Shown piece after piece: positions 31,566 through 39,906 of a stretch of DNA of 64,000 bases (the stretch's first letter is position 1; every line of letters begins with the position of its first letter). The notes under the pieces are model-generated. The model searched no databases, had not been told where the DNA came from, and saw nothing but the letters and a program-made list of their open reading frames with translations. The stretch comes from Gammaproteobacteria bacterium (GTDB lineage Bacteria > Pseudomonadota > Gammaproteobacteria > DRLM01), in the NCBI GenBank assembly GCA_023266095.1, contig JAHFRV010000001.1:64110-128109 (forward strand). Direction: 5' to 3'. The position numbers and the translations under genes were made by a program.

Positions 31566-32612
31566 TCATCTATACGGCGATGGCTGCGCATACGCCATCG
31601 GGTCCAACACCAACTGATTCAGACAGGCCGCGGGCGGCGGATTCCCCAGCCAGGTCGTCCACCCCAATTGTTCGCCGCCGCCCAGGCTCAAGCCGGGCGC
31701 CTCTTCCCGTTTGAGGATCAGATTCACATCAAAGGCGAACTCATCGCCCACGTAGTTGCGCACCCAATCCTCCAGGCGCCGCAGGCCGGCGGCACCCGGC
31801 AACAGGTGCCGGTACTGCGACAGGCTCAAGGGGCCGAACACCAGGCGGAATTTATGCTGGCAACTCCATACGCTCGCGCCGACCACGGCCGATACGCCGA
31901 GCACGCCGGATTCGCCGCTGCCGGCGAGGCGCCAGCGTTGTCCCGTCTCGAGTTGCAGCCACTCGCCGACGAACTGCTCGATCGCCACTGGCAGGCGAAA
32001 GAAATCGGCGAGGATGGCGCGCAGACCCACTGCATTGCGTGCGGCACGGGCGTGCTGCCCGACGTAATACAGCTTGGCCGCATCCGGTACCGCGTCACGT
32101 CCGCGCAGCGCCTCCTGGCCCAGCCCGCACAATGCGCCGATGTACAGCACGAAACGATCTTGCTCCGGTCTATCCTGATTCACCGCCGGCTGGGCATTGG
32201 CCCAACTGCGATAGAAAAAACACAACATGCGGTGATGAAACAAATCGAGAAAGCGGGCGAAGGTGGGATCGTTGGCATTGCGCACGCGCTGCCGCACATA
32301 TTCGGTGAGGTGCACCGGCAGCGGTCCGTGCGCACCCAGCAGACCAAAGAAGTTGACCTGCAACCGCGCCGCACTGTCCTCGGTGGCCGGCTCGAAAGCA
32401 GCCAGGGTCGAGGAGGCGAAGGCCAGCGTCGGCTCCTGACCCAGCCGCAGCACATCATCCGCCGGACGCTGCGATTGTCCGAAGCGCGGACTGGCGCGGA
32501 ACAAGCACTCCACCTGGCGCAGCGCCGCGAAGAAGCCGAATTCATACGGCGTCTCGTGCAGCGCGCTCGCCAGGGCTATAGCGTCGGGCGTCGACCAATC
32601 CGTGCCGGCCAT
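31566..32612 (-). CDS. tssG: T6SS baseplate protein TssG
   Basis: 348 aa with RLQVNFFGLLGAHGPLP TssG signature. Confidence 0.9.
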   Translation of the reverse strand: MAGTDWSTPDAIALASALHETPYEFGFFAALRQVECLFRASPRFGQSQRPADDVLRLGQEPTLAFASSTLAAFEPATEDSAARLQVNFFGLLGAHGPLPVHLTEYVRQRVRNANDPTFARFLDLFHHRMLCFFYRSWANAQPAVNQDRPEQDRFVLYIGALCGLGQEALRGRDAVPDAAKLYYVGQHARAARNAVGLRAILADFFRLPVAIEQFVGEWLQLETGQRWRLAGSGESGVLGVSAVVGASVWSCQHKFRLVFGPLSLSQYRHLLPGAAGLRRLEDWVRNYVGDEFAFDVNLILKREEAPGLSLGGGEQLGWTTWLGNPPPAACLNQLVLDPMAYAQPSPYR

Positions 32613-34450
32613 CGCTTGATCTCCCCGCGTTCCATGGTTCTTAACACCGTCTCGGTGAACGAGTTGAGCGAGACATAGTGTGCGAAAAATTCTTCGAGCA
32701 CGGCACCCAGTAAAAAGGCGCCGGTCCCTTCGAAGGCCGCGTCCTCGCAGGTGAGCGTGACCTCCAGGCCGCGACCGAAGGTGATCGGCCCCGGCGTGGG
32801 TATGCGGCGGGTGACGGGACGCGTCGCCACGGAGCGCACCCCTTCCACTTGCCGGCGCACTGTGGCCTCGCCGAGATCACCGTACAACATCAACAGGTCA
32901 CGCAGCCCCGCCGCGCCCTGGCGCTGGTCGCTATCCACCAAAGACAGATAATTGAGCGATAAATGGCTGATCAAATGCCACGCGGTCTCACCCTCGGCCC
33001 GCGGCGGCACGGGCTTCGTCGGCCCGGCCACACAACGGATGGCGCGGACGGGCGCCCCGCTCTCGAGCGTGAAATCGGTCTCGGATGTGCCCAGCACCAT
33101 GTGCAAGGGCAGGTCGCGGTTGGTGCACAGGCAGGTGATCGCGAGCTGGCGCAGATCATGGCGATAAGGCGCCTGCTCCGCATCCACCAGCGCGGCGAAG
33201 ACCTCCGTCCCGATATAACTCGAACGCGCCCCGTGCAAGCGCTGGTGTTCGGACAAGCGGCGCGGTTCGCGGTGCACCGTGTAATAGGCGGGGTGATTTA
33301 GCGCATGATTCACGTCGCTGGCCGCATAAAACGGCAGGAATTCCTGCTGCTCATCGGCGCGCGTGCCTATCCCGGCCATGCCGGTGACGGCATAGACCTC
33401 GAAATCCATCGGCCGGGTCCGATCCGGTACGACGTGATACTCGGTCTCGCGCGCCGAGAGATGGATACGATCGGCGCGCTTGGGAAAGAGATTGATCACC
33501 GGGGCACAGAACAACGCGAAATTATCACGGCCGACGCGATGATCGAGACTCGCGTCGGCCTGGTCGAAAAGCACGAAGATTTCCAGGCTATCACCCCGAC
33601 ACCGCCGCAACGCCGGCGTGAGGCCGCGCAGCTCGGCGAACAGAAAACGTTCGGGAAAGGCGAAGTATTCGTACAGCAAGCGATAGCCGTGGAAAGAGCG
33701 CGGCCCGCTCGGCAACAGGGCCTCGTGCTCTTCGAAGCCCATGCGCCCCACGCCGGGTCCGGCCACCACTTCGTCGTGCCGGTCATCGGGACCGGACCGC
33801 AGCACCAGCGCCACCGTGTTGGCGAGCAGCAGTTCATAGAGCCGGCGGCGCACATCGCTGCCGCCGCAGAGGTACAAGGGCAACCGGTCCAGCGCCAACT
33901 TGTCGATACTCAGCCCCGCCGTGACCTTAAATCGGAGTCGGATGCCGGCCTTGACGGCGCGCTCGCCGAAACGATCCGTCGCGGGCAGGTTGATGGCGTT
34001 GGGGACATACTCCGCCTGCACCAATTCCAACGGCCACAGGGTGACGTCATGCGCGGTGCGGTATTCGTTGCAGGTCTGTTCGCCTTTCGTCAGTAGGCTG
34101 CGCAAGGCACTCGCCCGCGGCACGACCACCCCGCTCGCGAGGCCGCCCTCGCCGAGGTCGGGCTGAAACTGCACCACCGCCATCGAAGGCGTGGGTGCGA
34201 GAAAATGCGGATACACCATCTCCAGCAGGTGTTGGGTGAAGCGCGGAAACTCCTGATCGAGCCGCAAGTGCACCCGCGCCGCGAGGAAGGAGAATCCCTC
34301 TAGCAGCCGCTCGACATAGGGGTCGGCGCACTCCATGCCCTCCATGCCAAGACGCCCGGCGATCTTCGGAAAGGCCTTGGCGAACTCCGCGCCCATCTCG
34401 CGCATGTATTGCAGTTCGCGGTTGTAGTAATCGAGGAGACGGGGATCCAT
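32576..34450 (-). CDS. tssF: T6SS baseplate protein TssF
   Basis: 624 aa MDPRLLDYYNRELQYMREMGAEFAKAFPKIAGRLG... Confidence 0.92.
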   Translation of the reverse strand: MDPRLLDYYNRELQYMREMGAEFAKAFPKIAGRLGMEGMECADPYVERLLEGFSFLAARVHLRLDQEFPRFTQHLLEMVYPHFLAPTPSMAVVQFQPDLGEGGLASGVVVPRASALRSLLTKGEQTCNEYRTAHDVTLWPLELVQAEYVPNAINLPATDRFGERAVKAGIRLRFKVTAGLSIDKLALDRLPLYLCGGSDVRRRLYELLLANTVALVLRSGPDDRHDEVVAGPGVGRMGFEEHEALLPSGPRSFHGYRLLYEYFAFPERFLFAELRGLTPALRRCRGDSLEIFVLFDQADASLDHRVGRDNFALFCAPVINLFPKRADRIHLSARETEYHVVPDRTRPMDFEVYAVTGMAGIGTRADEQQEFLPFYAASDVNHALNHPAYYTVHREPRRLSEHQRLHGARSSYIGTEVFAALVDAEQAPYRHDLRQLAITCLCTNRDLPLHMVLGTSETDFTLESGAPVRAIRCVAGPTKPVPPRAEGETAWHLISHLSLNYLSLVDSDQRQGAAGLRDLLMLYGDLGEATVRRQVEGVRSVATRPVTRRIPTPGPITFGRGLEVTLTCEDAAFEGTGAFLLGAVLEEFFAHYVSLNSFTETVLRTMERGEIKRWPARIGRRPTL

Positions 34451-34628
34451 GGTTTTTCTCTGTGTTTGATCTCAGCCGCGGAAAAGGGTGATGTGCCGCA
34501 GTCTACAAATATTGCAGTCGCAACGTCTTTGCAATGGATGCATTATCAAGAACCGGCCTTCCTTATTTAAATTTAAGTGCGGTGTCCGGAAGTCAAAGTC
34601 CCCGGTTACCCGATTAAAATCTCGCTGC

Positions 34629-34994
34629 TCAAGGCAAGAGCTTTTTTTCACCATCGCTGAATACCGCGTCGATGGAGTGAAGACCGCCCGGAACAGTGAG
34701 AACCAACGTCCCTTCACCAATATTTTTTGCCGGCAGCGCTACAGCACACTTTTCCTTGATGCCACAGCGTATGAATTGCAACTTTTGGCGCCCATCGCTC
34801 AGCCCGATATTTGCCCCTGGTGAATAATGAACAGACTCCAGCATTGGACGGTAGGTTACTTTAATAGCCCCATCCTTCTCCTGCACAACAGAGAGAATTT
34901 CAACGTCTGATAGTTTGTATTGATCCATGGCTTGCCCACAAGAAGAAATGGCCATCATCGAGCTTATCACTATAATGATGGAGAGCCTGTTCAT
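34629..34994 (-). CDS. Small lipoprotein (121 aa), candidate periplasmic immunity protein
   Basis: Signal peptide + lipobox ISSCG; start overlaps the stop of the upstream candidate effector (ATGA); AT-richer. Confidence 0.5.
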   Translation of the reverse strand: MNRLSIIIVISSMMAISSCGQAMDQYKLSDVEILSVVQEKDGAIKVTYRPMLESVHYSPGANIGLSDGRQKLQFIRCGIKEKCAVALPAKNIGEGTLVLTVPGGLHSIDAVFSDGEKKLLP

Positions 34995-35488
34995 TTGGCA
35001 CCCGCCTTTTTCTTCATAAAGCTCGATGCCGGGTTTTGCTGAAGTGGCTTAGGGCTGAAGAGAGTGGTTGGCTGCTGCTTCTCAAGCAGAAGGATGTTTC
35101 TACCCAACTCACGAGGGGTTTCGAATCCGCCATAGTCGTCCGCATCGACATCCTCTCCCACCACCTCTTCGACGACTTCGCTTGCCCATGACGCGCAGGT
35201 GTTGGTGTAGCGCCAAGCGACGTTAGCCTGCATAAGCGCATTGAAGTGCCTCGCCTGCGCATCTGAAAGCCCATACTATCGGCTGGCGACGGCCTTCTGA
35301 GCAGCCTCCATTCCAATTCTGATATCCGACTTGTCGCCGTTATCAAGCACGTTCGGATGAGCGTCTGGCCAGAGCCCATAGACCGTTGTCTTTCCATCGT
35401 GGGTAATCGCTAGCCATGCATGTCCAGCCGTAATATCCTTATCGTTCCCGGCATCATTACTATGTATTCCAAAAACCATATTCCCCAT
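34991..35488 (-). pseudogene. Candidate T6SS effector (~165 codons) interrupted by an in-frame amber (TAG) codon after codon 70; His-before-Cys permuted papain-like (NlpC/P60-LRAT-type) motifs
   Basis: ORF track gives two same-frame ORFs (35276..35488 and 34991..35233) separated by one TAG; strong SD (AAAGGGGGTGAAGA) before the first ATG; motifs GHAWLAI and YTNTCASWA. Confidence 0.45.
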
Positions 35489-35528
35489 TCTTCACCCCCT
35501 TTGTTGATGCCATGGGCACGCATCAAAG

Positions 35529-36032
35529 CTAACCCGCGCGCTCGCTAATGGTGACTTTGCCCTCTTCGAGGTCCAGTTCGGTACGCAGGTACAGGCGCAG
35601 GGGGGTCGGCTGGGCCCACAACTCGCCCTCGATTTCGAACATCAGCGCGTTGTGGCTCTGGCTACGGGGGTCGGGGGCGTGGCGTATGCGCACGCTGTTA
35701 CGCAGGATGCGCGGCTCGTAATCCCACAAGGCCTGCCGCAAAATGCGCTCTACCATCAGCGGATCGATATTCGAGACCACCCGCCCCGAGATGTCCGGCA
35801 GGCCGTAGTTGAGTACCGAATGGCTAACCAGGGGGTAGGCCTCCAGATCTTCGACGGCGCTCAAATTGATGGAATTGAACAGCCAGGAGATATCACGCAG
35901 CACCGCGGCACGGAACTTGTGCAGGGAGAGCACGCGTTTGTCGCGCGCCTCTTGGCGGGTATCGCGCTCCTCATCGGTCAGGCGATCGAGCAGCGAGGGC
36001 TGGAGGCGTTCTTTTGATGTGAGTTCGGGCAT
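35529..36032 (-). CDS. tssE: T6SS baseplate protein TssE (gp25-like)
   Basis: 167 aa with LLDRLTDE signature. Confidence 0.9.
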   Translation of the reverse strand: MPELTSKERLQPSLLDRLTDEERDTRQEARDKRVLSLHKFRAAVLRDISWLFNSINLSAVEDLEAYPLVSHSVLNYGLPDISGRVVSNIDPLMVERILRQALWDYEPRILRNSVRIRHAPDPRSQSHNALMFEIEGELWAQPTPLRLYLRTELDLEEGKVTISERAG

Positions 36033-36160
36033 GTTGATCCGCGTTGATGTTGGTTTTTTAAGTTTCGCCGCTTTGCTCCGCTGGCTGTCGAGTTGGACAA
36101 TCGCGCCTCCAGCAGCGGATACTCACCCGCATCGGTGCCGAACATGCGTTGCCCCAAACC
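35957..36160. repeat. Direct repeat copy A (~204 bp, ~85% identity to copy B) spanning tssE 5' end, intergenic spacer and a residual tagJ 3' fragment
   Basis: Aligns with 37342..37546; encodes ...GEYPLLEARL tagJ-like remnant on the minus strand. Confidence 0.8.
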
Positions 36161-36311
36161 GGAGTCGACGGATGATAAGCAAATTCCACTTTTGCCAACG
36201 GGGTTTCTACAGCTCTCAACGCCGCCATTCAACCGGAGCGTGTCTTCACGATCGGCTGCTGCATTTCCAGCTGCGTACTTACGCTGGTACTCTTCTTCCT
36301 TGGTATTTCCT

Positions 36312-36716
36312 TCACTTTTTAACTGGCCTGCTGCCGGTGCACACGTCTCCCATGTCTATGCCATTTAGCCATTGCTCAAGAACCTTAATGCGGTCTGCCG
36401 TAAAGTCTCCCAATACTTGGCATCTGCACGTTGAATAAATCGAACCATACTCAGGGCTCGGGCCGTGAGGGTAGATTAGCTCTAATTGAGCTTCTTTGTA
36501 GGCCACCCAACTCTGTTGGGATTTTCTTAGCTTGCGAATGAATTGTTGATCATGCCTGTATTTCGAGATAAGTTGTTTGTAAATCGCAACTAACTTTGCC
36601 TCCGATGTTCTCAATTGGTTGCAGGTTGATTCTTCGGCCGTCTCGCCCGCAAAGCCAAAATAAGGATAGAAAAGTAGACTTGCGAATAACACAACACCTA
36701 TGTGAAGGGGTTTCAT
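36312..36716 (-). CDS. LprI/DUF1311-family (lysozyme-inhibitor-like) secreted protein, candidate immunity for the adjacent lysozyme effector
   Basis: Signal peptide; DUF1311 pattern C..Q..W..Y...C...C; directly downstream of the GH24 gene. Confidence 0.7.
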   Translation of the reverse strand: MKPLHIGVVLFASLLFYPYFGFAGETAEESTCNQLRTSEAKLVAIYKQLISKYRHDQQFIRKLRKSQQSWVAYKEAQLELIYPHGPSPEYGSIYSTCRCQVLGDFTADRIKVLEQWLNGIDMGDVCTGSRPVKK

Positions 36717-36725
36717 GATCTGTTC

Positions 36726-37220
36726 TCACTTGTTAAATAATTCCGTCTCTCTGCTGCGGCGCCTCGTTAGGCCAGCAAGTATTTTTCCAGAAGACTTATC
36801 GTAAAGTTTCATCTTATCTGGTACTTTCGATAGATCGAGTTTTCCATCTTTACCAGTGCAAGCGGCCAAAACGTTCGCCAGATTGCCCATCCCGACGTTG
36901 TATGTAAAAGAAACGAGGGCATCAAACTGGTTTTGTGTAAGAGTGGCCCCGAGCGCCCCCACCTTTGTATTGACTGCATCTTCTGCCGTCTTTGTATCCT
37001 TCGTTAATAGGCTATCCCCTTCGTTCTGAGTAATGCCCTTCTGAAAAATTTTCTCATTTTCTTTTCCATCGCATTTTCCCGGGTGAACCAAATGCCCCCA
37101 ACCGATGGTGCAATGACCGCCTCCATCGGTATCGTAGAGGTGGGCTTGAAAAGTCTCAAAATCTTGAATTAACTTTAGCCCCGCAGAGCCGAGGGTCATG
37201 CCTAGTGAAGTATTTGCCAT
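36726..37220 (-). CDS. GH24 phage-type lysozyme (muramidase), candidate T6SS peptidoglycan-targeting effector
   Basis: No signal peptide; LKLIQDFETFQAHLYDTDGGGHCTIGWGH (catalytic Glu/Asp/Thr spacing as in T4 lysozyme) and C-terminal RRRSRETELF. Confidence 0.8.
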   Translation of the reverse strand: MANTSLGMTLGSAGLKLIQDFETFQAHLYDTDGGGHCTIGWGHLVHPGKCDGKENEKIFQKGITQNEGDSLLTKDTKTAEDAVNTKVGALGATLTQNQFDALVSFTYNVGMGNLANVLAACTGKDGKLDLSKVPDKMKLYDKSSGKILAGLTRRRSRETELFNK

Positions 37221-37341
37221 TTAATCTTCTCCTGATTGAATGAGGTTGACCCATTACTAACGAATGGTTAGATCATTTGCAGGTGAACCTAATATTTCCC
37301 GTCTACAACAGTTGCAATGGCAGTCCTTTGGCAATGGAGCC

Positions 37342-37546
37342 GGGTATCGCGCTCCTCATCGGTCAGACGGTCGAGCAGCGAGGGCTGGAGGCGCTCTTTG
37401 GATGTAAGCTCGGGCATGACATCGATCCACCTTGGTGTTTATTAAGTTTCGTCGTCCTGCTCCGCCGGGCTGTCGAGCTGGATCAGCCGCGCTTCCAGCA
37501 ACGGATACTCACCCGTATCGGTGGCAAACATACGCTGCCCCAAACC
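37342..37546. repeat. Direct repeat copy B: intact tagJ 3' end plus a duplicated 26-codon tssE 5' fragment (MPELTSKERLQPSLLDRLTDEERDTR...) that runs into the lysozyme gene leader
   Basis: Aligns with 35957..36160; plus-strand ORFs at both loci share GIALLIGQ.VEQRGLEA. Confidence 0.8.
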
Positions 37547-38254
37547 AACAACATAGTCAGGTGCCAACGCCAGCCATTCGGTGCGCCGCGCCAGGCGTAT
37601 GCGCGCATCGTCGCTGTTTTCAGAGCCGGGGTAACGGGTCGGGATGAGTGCGACGGTTTCGCCGCCATTGGCAAAAGTGATATGCGCGGGCGCCCAGACC
37701 AGATCCCGCAAGTCGGCCGGCGCTTCGATATGCACGCTGCGCAGACGTTCGAACGGCACCCAGTAGTAACGCCCGTTGATGATGGCTTCGAGCATGGGCC
37801 CCAGGCGCGGATCGGCATCGGCGAACCAGGCGAAGTCTTGACGGTCGATGGCCCCCGCTATCGCGGTGGCCTGCTCGAAGGCCTCGGCGCGCAAGGACTG
37901 CGCACGCCCATACTGCCGCGCGGCATCCGTGCTCAAGGCCTCGATCAGCAGCGCCATCCACTGCTTCGGTTTGCCGAAGATCAGCGGCGAGTGCTCTCCC
38001 GCGAACACCCCGCGCCGCAACACTTCACAGCGCAGGGCCTCACGATAAGTCGATACCATGGCCAACGTGGCGGAATCCAACTCGCCGGCGACATTCAACT
38101 GGTTGAGTGCCCGATCCCAGTCGCCCATCACGGCCAACAACTGGAACAGAAACACCCGATGCTTGGCATCGGTCGGGGCCTTGCGCACCTCGGCCTGGAC
38201 TTCGGCCAGGGCATCGGCCAGTCGGCCGTCGTGGAGACTCATTTCTGCTGACAT
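37442..38254 (-). CDS. tagJ: T6SS accessory protein TagJ (ImpE/SciE family, TPR-like)
   Basis: 270 aa; size and position (between hcp and tssE) as for H1-T6SS TagJ1; ImpE-like sequence. Confidence 0.75.
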   Translation of the reverse strand: MSAEMSLHDGRLADALAEVQAEVRKAPTDAKHRVFLFQLLAVMGDWDRALNQLNVAGELDSATLAMVSTYREALRCEVLRRGVFAGEHSPLIFGKPKQWMALLIEALSTDAARQYGRAQSLRAEAFEQATAIAGAIDRQDFAWFADADPRLGPMLEAIINGRYYWVPFERLRSVHIEAPADLRDLVWAPAHITFANGGETVALIPTRYPGSENSDDARIRLARRTEWLALAPDYVVGLGQRMFATDTGEYPLLEARLIQLDSPAEQDDET

Positions 38255-38332
38255 CGCTGCCTCCGCATGATCACAGTGAGCGCGCCATCGCGCCGATCCT
38301 GTTGCCTTCCTGAATGCTCGCTCGATATCGCA

Positions 38333-38797
38333 CTAATCGAACAACTCCCAAAAAACATAACTGTCCCACTGAAAGGGTGGACAGGAAGCCACTAGATCCT
38401 TGTGCTGCGATATCTCAATACTCCGCCCAATCACCCGAATCGATCGAAGATGCGTCTCACAATCCCGCGACGTGGTGGGCTGGCGCTTTGAGGATTCGAT
38501 GAGAACATAACGATAGTCAGCTACCTCAACGATTCGGAAGTTCCCCGTCATGTCCCTGTGAAAATTGCATGGCCATGGAATATGCAGGTTGTAAATTTGG
38601 GTCTTGCCATCAGCAGTAGCGGCTGCAAAACAGGCTTCCCCGCGGCCCTCCAATCGTATCGAGAACTGACCTATGTTTAGCTCATCCTCTAAGTCATTTA
38701 TTTCACCCGCCGTACCACAGGATACGACGGCTAAACTAGTAATCGCGGCCATCACCAAACGCCTATGGATTTGACTCATGGCAGTTCCCAAAACCAA
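38333..38797 (-). CDS. Lipoprotein (154 aa), candidate Tai4-like immunity protein
   Basis: Signal peptide with VVSCG lipobox; 11 bp downstream of the Tae4-like gene; AT-richer. Confidence 0.5.
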   Translation of the reverse strand: MVLGTAMSQIHRRLVMAAITSLAVVSCGTAGEINDLEDELNIGQFSIRLEGRGEACFAAATADGKTQIYNLHIPWPCNFHRDMTGNFRIVEVADYRYVLIESSKRQPTTSRDCETHLRSIRVIGRSIEISQHKDLVASCPPFQWDSYVFWELFD

Positions 38798-38808
38798 ACC
38801 TGGGAAGA

Positions 38809-39207
38809 TTAGTTTGCCGGATCAGAAAACGTTTTTGTTAATCCTCGGTTCCATAAATCGATGTGATCGCCAGTTCTCGCGCGCTCGCCTGATCGCGCAA
38901 AGCAGTCTTTGAAGAAAATCATGCCAGCCTTGCGACTTAAAGCAATTTTGGCCTTGGCTCCCTCTGCATATATCATGGGCCGACCAAGACGATTTTTCCA
39001 AAGCCAGCTGGCCAACGACTCGGCTCCCCGAGCATGGCCATGACTGCATTTTGGCTCTGAATAAGTGTTTTTATTCACTTTGATTGTCTGCTCCGCGTTG
39101 AGGGCTATGCTCATACGAATTGAGCATTGGTTCTCCCAGTTGTCGTCGCACGGAAAAGATTCTGTTGGGTAGTTTGACCACAAATTAATGAAGCTGGGTT
39201 TTGACAT
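38809..39207 (-). CDS. tae4: Tae4-family T6SS peptidoglycan amidase effector (papain-like Cys-His)
   Basis: MSKPSFINLW..., ...NQCSIRMS..., ...GDHIDLWNRG... match the Tae4 N-terminus, catalytic Cys and His motifs; start set at Met with SD spacing 9. Confidence 0.7.
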   Translation of the reverse strand: MSKPSFINLWSNYPTESFPCDDNWENQCSIRMSIALNAEQTIKVNKNTYSEPKCSHGHARGAESLASWLWKNRLGRPMIYAEGAKAKIALSRKAGMIFFKDCFARSGERARTGDHIDLWNRGLTKTFSDPAN

Positions 39208-39299
39208 GTGACTCATCCTTCCCTGGGAAGAGGGCGATTTTAGCACTCCCACAAACCGCAGGATTTCCCTGGGGAGCGGCCGCAGCGCCGCTTCATAAC

Positions 39300-39330
39300 G
39301 CCCTGCGACCGGCCATTGCCGTCGCAGGGC
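39300..39330 (-). promoter_or_regulatory. Stable stem-loop (10-bp GCCCTGCGAC stem, 11-nt loop) 10 nt downstream of the hcp stop, without U-tract
   Basis: Perfect inverted repeat; likely mRNA 3' stabiliser or partial terminator allowing read-through into the Tae4 cassette. Confidence 0.4.
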
Positions 39331-39339
39331 CCACCGCGT

Positions 39340-39825
39340 TCAGAGCTTCTTGTTGGCGGAGATGTCCCACTTGAATTGCTTGGGCGCCTCGCCGGTGCCG
39401 TCGTCCTTCTGCTGAACATAGTCGACGTTGACTTCGGCGAAATTCAGCGAGACGTTCTCGGTGAGGCGGTCCTCACCGCCGCTGCCGCCGGTGGCTACCG
39501 AACTCACCATCACTTTCTTCATCACTATCTTGATGTATTCGAGCGGCCCCTTACCACCGGCCTTGCGGACCACCAGCGTGGCGTCCGGTATGTGCTCGCC
39601 GCTCGCACAATAGAGCATCAGCAGGGGCGAAGCCACGTCCACCCACTTGGTCAAGGTCAGGTCGTTGAAGTTGGCCTTGCCCGCGCCACCGCCGCCGCCG
39701 CTCTGAAAAGAACCCGACTGCGACAGCCCCCAACTCCAGGCCAATACATCGATCTCACCTTTGTGTTTGTCATCCGTCGACTCGCCCTTGATACCCGCAA
39801 CCTTGATGAACATATCTACGGCCAT
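39340..39825 (-). CDS. hcp: T6SS inner tube protein Hcp
   Basis: 161 aa MAVDMFIKVAGIKGESTDDKHKGEIDVLAWSWG... Confidence 0.95.
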   Translation of the reverse strand: MAVDMFIKVAGIKGESTDDKHKGEIDVLAWSWGLSQSGSFQSGGGGGAGKANFNDLTLTKWVDVASPLLMLYCASGEHIPDATLVVRKAGGKGPLEYIKIVMKKVMVSSVATGGSGGEDRLTENVSLNFAEVNVDYVQQKDDGTGEAPKQFKWDISANKKL

Positions 39826-39906
39826 GATCTTGTCTCCCTTTTCTGGTTAGTTCCTTTACACCGCGCTGACCGCCATGCTGTTGCGAGCCAGCGTATTCAT
39901 AAGCCA

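Noticed and set aside
34991-35488. Initial impression of a frameshift in the candidate effector
   Set aside because: The two ORF-track pieces (35276..35488 and 34991..35233) share the same frame; the interruption is a single in-frame TAG, not a frameshift.
35957-37546. Possibility that the ~200-bp repeats are CRISPR or a REP/MITE element
   Set aside because: Only two copies; 85% identity; each copy consists of coding ends of tagJ and tssE, i.e. a segmental duplication, not a short regular repeat array.
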